64,000 nucleotides of DNA, taken from the NCBI GenBank assembly GCA_951406725.2, contig OX597822.1, forward strand, positions 99,262,001 to 99,326,000. Reading direction: 5' to 3'. Numbering within the stretch: the first letter of the stretch is position 1; the number at the start of each line of letters is the position of its first letter. Shown piece by piece: positions 38,282 through 51,572 of the stretch. This DNA is from Octopus vulgaris. Taxonomy: Eukaryota. A model generated the notes under the pieces. That model ran no database searches. It worked only from the letters and a program-made list of their open reading frames with translations, and had not been told where the DNA came from. Both the position numbers and the translations under genes were made by a program.

Positions 38282-39217
38282 TTCAGTATGCAAATAACCT
38301 ATTCAATCTGTGTCACCATGGAAAGCGGATTGAAATAATGAAGGAATATTGGTTTGAAATTTTGGCACAAGGCCAGCAATCTCAAGCAATGTCAACTCCA
38401 AAAGGATGAAAAGCGAAGTTGACCCTGGCAGCATTTGAACCCCAGTGACATTTTGCCTGGTGTGCTAACAATTCTGCTAGCTTGCCACCATACAAACGAG
38501 AAAGTAATATTGCAATTTAAAGACTACAGACCAGCGTAGGTGTAGCGCCATGTCTATTCAATCTAAATAATTCAAATATTTCTTCTTATTCAGACTGTTT
38601 CTACAACATGCTCACAGAATAAGCAGCTGTTCAGCCATTGTCAGCCAAAATATGCCAAATAAAATATGTAAGAGTTTATAAACATGAATGTAATAGATTG
38701 CTTAGCTATTCAGGTATATGATGATGATGATAATAATAATAATAATAATAATCATCATCATCGTTTAACGTCCGCTTTCCATGCTAGCATGGGTTGGACG
38801 GTTCAACTGGGGTCTGGGGAGCCCGAAGGCTGCACCAGGCCAGTCAGATCTGGCAGTGTTTCTACAGCTGGATGCCCTTCCTAACGCCAACCACTCCGAG
38901 AGTGTAGTGGGTGATTTTATGTGCCACCGACACAGGTGCCAGACGAATCCTTTCTACTATAGGCCTAAAATTTTGGAGGAGAGGGGACAGTTGATTACAT
39001 TGACCCCAGTATTCAGCTGATACTTATCTTATTGACCCCAAAAGAATGGAAAGCAGAATTTGAACTTAGAATGAAGGGATGGACAAAATACTGTAAGCAT
39101 TTGATTGATGCAATAAGGATTCTACAAGCTTACCGATTTGATAACAACAATAATAATCCTTTCAACTATAGGCACAAAACCTGAAATTTTAGGGGAGGGG
39201 GATAGTTGATTACATTA

Positions 39218-39535
39218 TGCTGAGAGCCCCCTTCGGTCGTGACTGACCATGGGATTGCACCTAGAAAGTTACCTTCCCAGGCATAAGTCTGGGCAAGGTT
39301 GTTTATGGAAGACCAGCAGTCGCCCATGCATACCGGCCTCCCCTCTCCGTGCCACCAGTGTTATCCAAGGGAAAGGCAAAGGGGCCGAAAGAGCTTGGCA
39401 CCAGTGACGTCGCAACTCACTTCTACAGCTGAGAGAACTGGAGCAACATGAAATAAAGTGTCTTGCTCAAGAACACAACACAGCCTCACGATCATAAGCT
39501 TGATGCTCTAACCACTGAGCCATGCGCCTTCACTT
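39218..39535 (-). mobile_element. tRNA-derived SINE family C (related pieces at about 4770-5060, 10245-10410, 53200-53440)
   Basis: Minus strand head ggcgcatggctcagtggttagagc, followed by tgtgttcttgagcaagacactttatttca..gttgctccagt, shared among copies. Confidence 0.75.
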
Positions 39536-39785
39536 AATAATATTAATCGCAATAATAATATTAATAATCCTTTCTACTATAGGCACAAGGTCTGAAATTT
39601 GGTGGGGAAGAGGTTAGTTAATTACATTGGCTCCCAGTGCTCAACTGGTAATTAATTTTGTCAACCCTGAAAGAATGAAAGGCAAAGTCAACCTTGATGA
39701 ACTTTGAATTCAGAACCTAAAGACGAATGAAATTCAGCTCAGCATTTTGCCCCATATGCTAACGGTTCTTCAACTTCACTGCCTA

Positions 39786-39831
<46 letters not shown>

Positions 39832-40039
39832 CGATGCTGTTATTAATAATATTAATAACAATAATAACTGTATTGTATTGAGAATATAATGATGGCAGAT
39901 CTTCACAAGACAAGAGAAAATAAACATTAAACATGAATTAATGAATGATGATAGCAAATGAAATGGTATTGATTATTTCACAAGCCACTGCAAAGTGAGA
40001 TAATACAGGTGAACCAACTGGAAGTAATTATGGTAGCAG

Positions 40040-40350
40040 CATCATCATCATCATCATCGTTTAACGTCCGTTTTCCGCGCTAGCACGGGTTGGACGGTTC
40101 GACCGGGGTCTGGGAAGCCAGGAGGCTGCACCAGGCTCCAGTCTGATCTGGCAGAGTTTCTACAGCTGGATGCCCTTCCTAACGCCAGCCACTCCGCGAG
40201 TGTAGTGGGTGCTTTTTAAGTGCCACCTGCACAGGTGCCAGGGGGGTCCGGAATCGGCCACGATCGGTCGGAGCTTTTAACGTGCCACCGGCATGGAAGC
40301 CAGCCAATGGCCACGTTCAGATGGTGCTTCTTTTATGTGCCACCGGCACT
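40040..40350 (-). mobile_element. RTE 3'-end copy / RTE-tailed short element (further copies near 22053, 22910, 24880, 38753, 44850 on - and 41370-41778 on +)
   Basis: Shares the terminal sequence ...gttggcgttaggaagggcatccagctgtagaaac...ccatgctagcatggaaaacggacgttaaac(GAT)n with the RTE 3' UTR at 37140-37331. Confidence 0.85.
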
Positions 40351-42517
40351 GGAGCAATGAATGCTAAAGGGTTAACCGTTTAGCATTTAAACTGACCATA
40401 TCCAGCCCAAATACCCAACTTGTTTTATGTTCAAACTAGTGAGATCTGGCCTCTTGCACCTACCCTACAATCATCATCATCGTTTAAGCATGCTTTTATT
40501 TATTACTAAGTACTATTTCTAAGTACCGGTAATACTTCTGTTTCACCCCCAAAAGAAGTTTGTCTGTTAACAAGCATCAGATTAATCAAAATAAGAGATT
40601 GCATTCTGTAGTTAGTTGTAATATGAAGAGAATATAATTTTTATTTTCTTATTTAGAAAACAAACAAAAAAAAAAAGAAACAAACAAAAACAAACAAACT
40701 AAAAGTACAAAGATTGTCGGTGATTGATTTATAAATCATCATAAACATGAAATATTTTACAGTATTAAAATGAAAAGAAAAAAAATATTAAACAATATAC
40801 CTAAAACAGCATATGCGTTCTTTAAATATTTTTCAAGTATATAAAACAAGCAAAGAAAATTGCAAAAGTATTTCTGCATTGGAAATATACACACACACAA
40901 ACACATGCATGTATGCATGCATGTGTGTGTGTGTGTGTGTATAGATAAGTTTTTAAGATAGAATATCCAATAATATGACATTTAGATGTCATCTGATAAG
41001 GTCTGTTTAATTTTATTTATCAATACCCATGTGATATTTCCAATATCCAGTATGGTTGAAGTAAAATATTTTCACCCAAATGATTCCAGCCCCTGCCTGT
41101 GAATGCTACTGGTTCTATGATATACATCCTGATTTGAAGTGATTGAAGTTGAAACTTTCCATCAAAATTTCATGTTAATTTATATTCAAAACCAGAGCTT
41201 AATAATGGCAAGGTTTTTCTTTTTTTTTTTTTGCTAAATTCAATCAAAATTTATTGAAACAAAGGCAGCGAATTTCAACAGAAATATGATAAAAGACATT
41301 AAAGCAACAAATATTTAATAGATAAAATTGTCAAATATATCAATGATATATTGACAAATATTTTAATCAGTAAATCCCGCCGCCTTGACTGGCTTCCGAG
41401 CCGGTGGCATGTAAAAAGCACCCACCGTTTGTGGCCGTTGCCAGCCTACCATGGCACCTGTGCTGGTGGCACCTAAAAAGCACCATCCGTACATGGCCCA
41501 TGCCAGCGCCACCTTGACTGGCTTCCGTGTCAGTGGCACGTAAAACCCACCAACTGATTTCGGATTTTGGCAGCCTCCTCTGGCACCTGTGCCGGTGGCA
41601 TGTAAAAAGCACCCACTACACTCACGTAGTGGTTCGCATTAGGAAGGGCATCCAGCTGTAGAAACACTGCCAGATCAGACTGGAGCCTGGTGCAACCTCC
41701 TGGCTTCCCAGACCCCGGTCGAACCGTCCAACTCATGCTAGCATGGAAAACAGTTGTTAAACGATGATGATGATGATGATTTATATAAGAATTTAACTCC
41801 AGGCTGAGAACAGAAGAACCAAACTGAATTGCTTTCTTTAACCGTTTGGCATTTAATCTGGCCATATCTGGCCCAAATATTCTACCTGTTTTACACTCAA
41901 GTCAGCCAGATCCCATCTATCACACCTAACCTAAAATTTAATTCTAAAAATATACAACCATGTCATCAAAATCTTGAAGTTACTAGATAATACATGATTA
42001 TTCAAAACAATGAGAATAAATAACCATTACATTTGACAAAATAATCTGAATGCTAAAGGGTTAAGGTTATGAAATTTTCTTAAACTGATTACATTTTGCA
42101 TAGTAATGATAACAATGAGAGCTCAAGCAGAAGAGGTTCAACTTCAACTAACAATGGATTAGCTAATCTTAAGCATGAAAAGATATTTAAGCAACAAGTT
42201 TGTTTAGCTGTGTCTGCAGGTTGAACCTCAATCTTTTCAACTTCAATTCATCATTGTTTTAACATCTATTTTTCCATGCTTTCATGGCTGGGATTGAGTT
42301 TATTGAGGCAGGTTTTCTATGGTTGGATGCCCTTCCTGTCACCAACCTTCACCTATTTCCAAGCAAAGTAATATTTCCCTATAGTCATACATGTTTTTGT
42401 AGAATATTGGAAATAACTGACACTGTCTGTATGACAATGGCACTGATTTACGACTATCGTGTGATATAAAGACAAGGACACACAGACACACACATACACA
42501 CTCATACGGTTATAAAA

Positions 42518-42850
42518 TTGACAAAAAATAAAACATTTTATGTGAATGACATAAAACTCTATGGCAAAGACAATGATGAGAATGACATAAAACTCTATGG
42601 CAAAGACAATGATGAGGTTGAAGGCTTAGTATGCCTTGTGAAAGTATTCAGTGATGATATTGGGATAGAGTTTGGTATTGGTAAGTGTACCAAGCCCATT
42701 GTCAAGTAAGGGAAATTGAAAACCTCAAATTCAGCTATGTTCAGCACAGTTATGAAAGCACTTGAGCAGGAACAAATCTATAAAATGGTTCTGGCATTCA
42801 AAATTCAAGCATGAAAGAGAAGATGAGGCAAGTATGCTGTAAAAGAATTT
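42518..42850 (+). mobile_element. RT relic of an R4/NeSL-like non-LTR element, with a 36-bp tandem duplication
   Basis: FYVNDIKLYGK...VKVFSDDIGIEFGIGKC resembles LYMDDIKLYAK...FSxDIGMEFGxxKC. The NDIKLYGKDNDE unit is duplicated. Confidence 0.65.
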
Positions 42851-43348
42851 GCCAGAATTTGAACTCAGACCGTAAAGACAAACAAAATACTGCTAAGCAT
42901 TTCGCCTGGCATGCTGACGATTCTGCCAGCCTGCTACCTTTATAATAATGCATTAATAAGGTAGGTAAGGGCTATAGCAACTGGCAGCACATTGCTGTTA
43001 AAGACTCTATGATATGGGACAGTTTTGTATGAAAGCTACTGTGGATTTACATAGGATGGTAAATACATTATTTTATAAACACAAAATATCACCATCACCA
43101 TTTAACGTTCGCTTTTCCATGGTTATACACACAAATATTGGGCTATAGTGTAAAATGCAAGCTTAGCTCTGTGGTTAAGAAGTTTGCTAACATGGGTTTT
43201 AACTCAATACCACTGCATTGCACATTGGGCAAGCGTCTTCGACTATATGCCAGGCTAACCAAAGCCTTGTGAATGGATTTGGTAAATAGAAACTGAAATG
43301 AGATAAATGAAGTAAATGCAAAAAGCAAATAACAGAATAGTGCCTTAC

Positions 43349-43483
43349 CGTATTATAGAGTTCTTCAAGTCGTGGAATAGTGAGAAATGTTCTCATGCTA
43401 ACGCCATTCTCCAGAAGGAGTTTAACAAAATCAACTCTGTCATTGATCAGTGCATCCATCATAGCTTGCTCCAGGGATCCTTC
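43349..43483 (-). CDS. TRPM3: TRPM1/3-like channel exon ([45 protein letters not shown])
   Basis: 135 nt, phase 0/0, acceptor tcaacAG, donor ACG|GTAAGG. Hallmark TRPM motif [17 protein letters not shown]...FLTxxRLEELYN. Confidence 0.96.
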
Positions 43484-43684
43484 CTGTTGAGTGAAGTGAA
43501 AGAAAGAAAAGGCTTGAAAAACTGCAAATCATATGTATACTCACACCTATACTCACATATATCCTCATCATTTAACATCTTTTCTCCATATTGGTTTGGG
43601 TTGGATGCTTCAATAGTATCCAGCAAGCTGCAGGGCTGTACCAACATCCAGTGTCAGCTTTGGCATGTTTTTTTTTTACAGTTT

Positions 43685-43990
43685 AAGTTAAGTTAAGTTA
43701 ATTTTTTGGCTCAAAAAGCAAAAAGCAAGGTCATGTAGGGGGACATGGAGTTATGTACAGGGAGGGTGTTCATGCAAAGAGTTCAGGCCATTTCTGGTCA
43801 AGAGAGACTTTGAACCGAGCGGTCATCGGCATCTTCACTATCTAGTCCGGCAGCTTATTCCACGGATCCGCAACCCAGACGGAGAAAGCCCCTCTCCTTC
43901 AATTGACATGAAATCGTCACAGATAGAGCTTTCTGGGGTGACCCCCGCAACCGACGCTCTGGAGCAGGAGTGAAGAACAGCTCCTTCGAG
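43685..43990 (-). mobile_element. CR1-type LINE 3' fragment
   Basis: Reverse-complement homolog of 6020-6215, extending further 5' (ELFFTPAPERRLRG). Confidence 0.75.
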
Positions 43991-44949
43991 AGTTTAATGC
44001 CCTTCTTAATGCCAAACATCTTACAGTGTGTACTGGGTATGTTTTTTGTTTTTTGTGCCACAAGCACCAGTGAGGAGAAAAAGAAAAGGTAACAAAAACC
44101 TTGTGACTGTCTGTTTGATGAGGAGGGGAGCATCAACAAGGGGTAGGTGGCTTTATGCCAGGTGCTAAGATGCTAAACTATGATAGAAGAACAAACACAG
44201 ATATCTTGCTATAAGAGGAGATATATGTCTACCCCGCATTATAAGGGTGAGTAGTAGTAATTGGAAAGACGAAGACAAATAAGAGAGATGGTAGTGATGG
44301 GTTGCCAGAGCAAGCTCTCAAGATTAATACTCACTAATATGCACATGTAGATTCATACAAATACCTGCTTACGCACCCTTTTCAAAGTGTTACACTCTTA
44401 TTTCTTTATTGCTCACAAGGGGCTACACATAGAGAGGACAAATAAGGACAGATAAAGGGATTAAGTCGATTACATTGACCCCAGTGTGCTACTGGTACTT
44501 AATTTATCGACCCTGAAAGGATGAAAGGCAAAGGCGACCTCAGCGGAATTTGAACTCAGAATGTAACGGCAGACGAAATACTGCTAAGCATTTCTCCCAG
44601 CTCACCGCCTTAAGTGTTACACTCTTGCCACCAAGAAAGCACGATTCAATGTGTGCTTTGGCATGGTTTTTACAGTTCAATGCCTTCCTAATGCCAACTG
44701 CTTCATAGAGTGCACTAGGTGCTTTGTACATGGTGTTGGCACTGGCAAGGTCACCATATAACATGCAACACAAGACTTGTCAAATGCAAAGGGTCTAGTA
44801 TTGAGGGAGGTGGCCTTATACAGAGTGATGTATATATATATATATATCATCATGGCAGTGTTTCTACAGCTGGATGCCCTTCCTAACGCCAACCACTCCG
44901 AGAGTGTAGTGGGTGATTTTATGTGCCACCGACACAGGTGCCAGACGAG

Positions 44950-45110
44950 GTATATATATATACACACACACATATATGTGTGTGTATATATATATACACA
45001 CACATATATGTGTGTATATATATATACACACATATATGTGTGTGTATATATATATATATACACACACACACACATATACATAAATACACACACACACACA
45101 CACACAAACA
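44950..45110. repeat. Compound (TA)n/(CA)n/(TG)n microsatellite. Other simple repeats at about 5065-5300, 11519-11640, 13227-13270 (AAT)n, 13410-13485, 39790-39830, 47438-47492, 49157-49215 (GA)n, 54020-54065
   Basis: Directly visible simple repeats. Confidence 0.95.
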
Positions 45111-47133
45111 TACAATTGTACCTCTTGGAAGGGTAATCTGTCAATAAACCTTCCATACACACACAATCTGGTAGGTTGGCAGAATAGCTATAGCATCAAG
45201 TGAGATATCTTGGAAAATATTCTCTAGATCATTCCATTCTAAGAGTAATGTCTTCAAAAGCAGTGGCACCAAAATGTAACAGCCTTTGCCTACCCCTTGG
45301 ACATTATCAGTGGTGTACAGATGAGAGACTTACTACATGGGAAACTTCTGATCCTGCATAAAAAAGAAGAAAAAAACCTTGCCCAAACCTGTACCTTGAG
45401 GAAAATTCCTCTGTGGATCCATGGTTGTACAAGGCATACAGAGGTTTTTGAATATTTTTTTGTATGTTTTTACATCTGTTTTTCCATGGCTGCATGAGTT
45501 AGATGACTATATTATTGAGACACTGTTTTTACAGTAGGATACCCTTCCCGTTTTCTACATAAGTGATATCTTATTTCACTGGTCTTCAAAGATGCAAAGT
45601 AAGCGAATAATTTGACAAAAAAGTGACAACACTGAATGTATACTGCAATTTTTGCAGAAGCAAGCTAAATGCAAACAAAAGTACAAACAGATATACACCT
45701 GGTCTTCCTTCAGTTTCCATCCACCACAACCACTCATGAAAGTTTGATTAGCCTAGGGCTATTGTAGAAGATACTTGCTCAAGATGCCAGGTAGTGGAAC
45801 TGAACCCAAAAGCCACATGACTGGGAAGCAAGCTTCTTAACTATTTAGCCGCACTTTCACGTATAGTGTACGAGTGTGTGCACACATACATATAAGCACA
45901 TATACATACACATGCATATATATTGATATATATATATATCTACATACATACTGATATATATTTACACACATACTGATATATTCACACCAAAGCACATGCA
46001 ATCCATACTTCAGCCAATGTCCGTCCCTATACTTGTATATCTTCCTACACATGCATACAGCACCACACCTGCTTCTTTCTTAATTCTCCCCTAAGGAACT
46101 GCATTTTCACTTGGCCCCAAACAATTTTCTTTCCCTACCACCTGTTCTCATTCTTTTATTTCTTCTGATGAAGGACAAATTGTCTGAAACATCAAAACTC
46201 ATTACCTTCATTTCTAAGTATTAAACTAATACACCTGTTAAAACATTGCTCTCCTGTGTTGCCTTCCTAATTAATTGGTAATAAAAAATAAAGTGAAATA
46301 CAACCAGCATATGTGTTTTATTGGTAGTATGACATTCCTAAAATACAATTGTATTCACTTCAACACAATTATTACATTAAGGAAAAAAAAAAACAAATAC
46401 ACAAATGACATATACATAGGAATACATGTGTGTATCTATATATACATATGCTTGTGTGCATGTGTGTGTGTTGTGTGTGTGTGTAAGTAAACATCATTAT
46501 CATCATTTACTGTCAATGGGTTGAAGGGCTTGACTGGATCTGATGTATTTGAAGACTATTTAATGCTCAATGTATATTTTGGTATAGTTTCTACAGCAGT
46601 ATGTCCTTCCCAGTACACACTTTACAGCATTTACAGGGTGCTTTTTTTGTGGCACCAGCACTAGTGAGGTTGCCATGTAGCCTGCAATACCAGCATCCTT
46701 TCAAATGGGTGTGGCTGTAATAGAGAGGAAAGCATTATGCTATGAGATGAAGGGACCCATAACAGAACAAGTTTTTTGCTGTAGGGGTGGATAGCTACAT
46801 GATAACTCGTATTATATGAAAAGAAAAAGTTGGAAACAGTTGGGATGGAACTGGAGATATAAATACAGGTGAGAAAAAGTGAATGGGAGCAAGGGAATCA
46901 TGAAGTGTGAGTAGGGTGGAGATTAAAGAGTACAGGTGAGTGAGAAATGGTTGGTGGGAAGGAATAGGTAAGAGGGCGAAAATGTGGTGATAGGGAAGAG
47001 TAGGTAACAACTGTAAAAATTGGGTGGGGTTGAGAAGGTTTGGGATACTAAGAAGGGCATGGGGTAAGTGGTATCAGGGAAAAGGTGACGCATGGAATTC
47101 TGATCATATTTTATTACTGCAGCAGAGTAATGA

Positions 47134-47340
47134 ACAGTAATCCCTCGCGATATTGCGGTTCACCTATCATGTACTCAGTACATCATGGTTTTTCTGGCTA
47201 ATATATGTTAATTTATATCATGGACTCTTCAGTATATTGCGGGTTTTTGCAACCGATAGGTATTTATATTCTTTTAGATTTTAATTATTTCTGTGAGAGA
47301 TTTTGGAACGTAACACCCATGATAATCGAAGGATTTCTGT
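47134..47340. mobile_element. pogo/Tigger-like MITE
   Basis: Ends cagtaatccctcg / cgaaggatttctg|TA. Confidence 0.5.
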
Positions 47341-47437
47341 AGCGAGAAAGACGATGGGTAATGGGAATGTCTTGGGGAGATAGGTACAGTTGTGCACACA
47401 CAGACAAAAATGTACAAGTACTTATATTTATACATAG

Positions 47438-47494
<57 letters not shown>

Positions 47495-49168
47495 ATTCCA
47501 TGTTAAGTCAATTAAGAATTAGAGCTAATTAACAAATAATGATATCTTTGTTTCGCAGTTCAAGCATTATGATAACCATATTCAAATATTCTATTTTCAG
47601 TTATACTAGATTGGAATAATTTTTTTTCTCTCTTCTTGATCCTATTATCAAAAACAAACACAAAATTCTCATTAAATACTACAATTGGTTTTGGTATTGA
47701 AAGTTTGTGAGTGGGTGTTTTGTTCTGAGAATAAGTTCTGTGTAGGAAGACAGACTTGATTAAAAATTTTGTAAATACATGCATGGAATTCATGAAAGTA
47801 CAAAAGGAAGCAAATCTAGTACAACGGGTATAATTGGAAGAACCGACAAAAGAAGCAACAAAAGGCCTTTTAAGATATTTGTCCACAACTTCAAATACCT
47901 AATCAAGTATAAATCAAACTATAGCAGCAATACAATACAAGAATCTTGAAGAATCATGATTATATAATTATAATAATGGTGACAGTTATGATAATTTAGT
48001 GTTTACTGATGTCGGTATCCATAAAACATTTGTGCCTGGCATAAAATTGATTTTGAAATCAATTAGGATACTGAGCTGGTGAAGAAAGCAATTTTAAATA
48101 TGCAAGCATGAAGAGTGCAAATGTTCTGCTACAGAGTAAGAAATGATATAGATGATATAATCATGATTATAATGATTACATTAACATAATGCTATCTCGG
48201 TTGATACCAATCAGAGAGTGAACATCCAAGGATCAATAGAGCAAGTTCAAAATATACATGATTTAACAATTCTGACTTCTGACATGTCAATGTTAATATG
48301 TTTTGGTTAATTTGTAACAAACACACGTCTAAATATCTCGTTGCAAAGTCAATATGGTAACAGAGTAAAAATTAATCAAACAATCAGATTCTGAGGGAAA
48401 TAAAGTTAGTGAGTAAAGGATTATGTTCCGGTCACACTTCTTTTGAAATATTGGTTTCAAGTCTTAGTACAAGGCCAGCAAATCAGGGTAGTGGCTATGC
48501 CGATTATATCGACCCCAGTTTTCAACTGATACTTATTTCATCGACCCGGAAGGGATGAAAGGCAAAATCGACCCTAGTGACATTTGAATTCAGAATGTAA
48601 AGTTGGAAGAAATGCCACAGAGCATTTTTTTTTCAGGCACAGAAACGATTTTGCCGGCTTGCCACCCTCTTCTTCTGTAATATTAATTCATAAATACAGT
48701 GGATCATTATACATCAATAATTCCAATAACAAAAAAAAAAAAACAGATTTTTTTCCCCCATTTTTTTAAGCAATTAATTTTCTTTGTTAATATGAACACA
48801 TGCAAAACTAATGTTAGGAAATTCCAAAACCACCCACAACCATCATGACAGACACCATAAATATTGAACAGCACCAGACCAAAGTCATTAGGAGAGCAAG
48901 GAAGAAGTAAAACAGATGAAAGAGAGGGAGAGAGAGAAAGAAAGAAAGAGAAAGACAAAAGTGTAGGAAACACACAGAAAGGTAAAAGGATGACACAAAA
49001 AAATCAATATATAGGAGAGAATTATGAGTATTTATATGGTAGTAAAAGCAGTCTTCATTTTAACTTCACAGTAAGAAAAAGCAAAACATAGAAACTGATA
49101 CGAAAGAGAAGGAATCCACAGAATTAGAAATAGAAAGGGAAAGGAATTGAGGGAGAGTGTGTGTGAGT

Positions 49169-49200
<32 letters not shown>

Positions 49201-49239
49201 GAGAGAGAAAGAGAGAATGATGTTGTCATGACCACTTAC

Positions 49240-49371
49240 CATTAAAACAGCTAATTCAGATGAACCCATATCACTATGTGATGCTTCCTTAGAAAAGCTA
49301 TCCATACTCCCTTTAAATGGAACAAGTGGGCTGCCCCGTTTGCATTTTGCAGTAGAAATTAAGTATTCAAG
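49240..49371 (-). CDS. Candidate alternative TRPM exon (cassette or alternative first exon), 44 aa
   Basis: Perfect donor ATG|GTAAGT at 49239, possible acceptor cctgttgcAG. 132 nt, open, phase 0/0, in frame with the flanking exons, in non-repetitive sequence. No homology recognised. Confidence 0.5.
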
Positions 49372-50904
49372 CTGCAACAGGTGATGATACATCCAATTTT
49401 CTATCAATACTATCGTGGCTACTGCTGCTACTAACAGTAGAGCTCAGGTAATATAGTAATGGTTGACATTAATAGATTTCAGAAATGACTTCAGAAACAC
49501 CAACACTTAATAGAAGAGTAGCTTAACGACATAGGTAATTCACCAAATGTCTTTAAAAGGAGACAAGAACATAATATAAAAACAAAACAAAAAAAAAGAC
49601 CATTCTTTGTATTTTGTAACATAACTATTTCAGTGAAGTACAATCTGTAGATGCAAACAACATTGATAAATCACACAAACAACAATAAACAACAGCAGCA
49701 ACAACAATGAAGTTTAGTTCAGTGTGTCATCTCCATATAGCAGTTTTAGGTTTTCCATTTTACCAAATTATGTTCCCAATGATGATACTTGCCATAATTA
49801 TTAGACTGGCACAAACTAATTGGGTAATAAAGTTTAGAACAATATTTTTCCTTCTTTGTATGTTTTTTTCATTTTTTCTTTTCTTTTTGTCAGGGATTCT
49901 AAAAATCTGACATCACATGACAAACATAAAAGAGAAATAATATAATTAAAAACATGAACAACGACGACGATGATGATGATGATAATAATAATAGTTGTTG
50001 TTGTTGTTGTTGTTGTTTTAGAAGTATTCTTCATTTCATAATGAAATAACAAAAACTTCAAACAACTCTTAAGTGAATTAATATTTCCATATGGAAATAC
50101 TAAAAATATAAATCTTTTATGTTTATGTATGCATGTGTGCATTAAAAAAAAAAAAAAATCCAACTCTAATTCTATAATAAGAAAACCAAAAAAAAAAAAA
50201 AAATTTTGTTCATTATCACCCATACTTTAATGGCCTGCACATTCATATTGATTTGGTTTGCACAATTGTCTTGCAGCAGTACTATTATTTTTAATCATTA
50301 CCCACTAACTCTAATTGCCTCGTCTGATTAGAATCACACGGTTCTGGAGTCAACGAAGGAGCTTCTATGTAATTGCAATCCTGATCACCTTTAAAATTTG
50401 ACATAGTTGAGTTAAATATTTAAAACAACTTTTTAATAAAGACAAGATGGTGACACTCAAGAAATGCAATGAAATAAGTGCTTGATTTTATTGGCCGCCT
50501 CTATGTTGTAACCGTGTTCAAATACAACTGGCTAGGGTTATAAAAATAAGTGTCTATTCATTAATAGCCAACATAAACATGTTGGTCGATTGGTTTGTTG
50601 GTTGATTTCTTCAGTCACATTTTACATTCTAAAGAGACAGGAAGGGAGACAGTAAAAGAGAGACTTAACATAAGAGGTACAAGATTAATGTCTCATAATT
50701 TTCTGAAAAATACACATTTTTTGTGACTGAAATTTTGCAAGAGAAGTTTTGTTTTTTTTTCAATGGAATAGATTGCAATTATACTGAAAAGTCACAACAC
50801 ATGTTTGTTGCAAATATACAAATGAAAAATTTATTCAATTTTATGTATATATATTTATAATATATATTTATATATTTTCTTTTGAAAATTACTATACCCT
50901 GTCA

Positions 50905-51074
50905 TACAATAGTTACAATTTAACTTTTAGCAAATTTCTTGGTACTTATACAAAATGATGAGATCATCATCATCATCATCACGTTAAACGGTGATGATGA
51001 TGATGATGATGATGATCTCATCATTTTGTATAAGTACCAAGAAATTTGCTAAAAGTTAAATTCTAACTATTGTA
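50905..51074. repeat. Near-perfect palindrome (~78-bp arms)
   Basis: Arms differ by one substitution and by the (ATC)n copy number. Centre cgttaaacg. Confidence 0.95.
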
Positions 51075-51297
51075 CAATGGGGTGATGAAAAGTTCCTAGC
51101 TTTGGGTAAAAGAAAATACAAGAGGATCAGTTAATTATGATTTTATTCAACATACTCTCCTCTGAGACTCAGACACGTATTGCAGTGGTCCTTCAGTTTT
51201 TCTAAGCTTTGTAAAAGAACTTGGAAAGTTGGACCCCCAACCAGGCATTTCATGATGCCCTTAAAACCAGGAACTTTTAAATACCCTGTTGTATGTA

Positions 51298-51345
<48 letters not shown>

Positions 51346-51572
51346 TCCACACATGAAGGGAGCTGAAACATTCCTGGTTTTGGGTAAATGAAAATACAGA
51401 AGGATCAGTTAATTATGATTTTATTCAACATATACCCCTCTCAGATCCACACACTTTTTGCAGCTGTCCTTCAGTTTTTCAAAGCTCTGTAAGAGGACTC
51501 AGAAGGTTGAGTCTCCAACCAGGCCTTTCACAATATCCTTAAAGCCAGGAACTTTTCAGTGCACCCTTGTAT
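51073..51572. mobile_element. Two tandem mariner-type MITEs separated by a microsatellite
   Basis: Both are homologous to 3306-3510. Confidence 0.75.
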
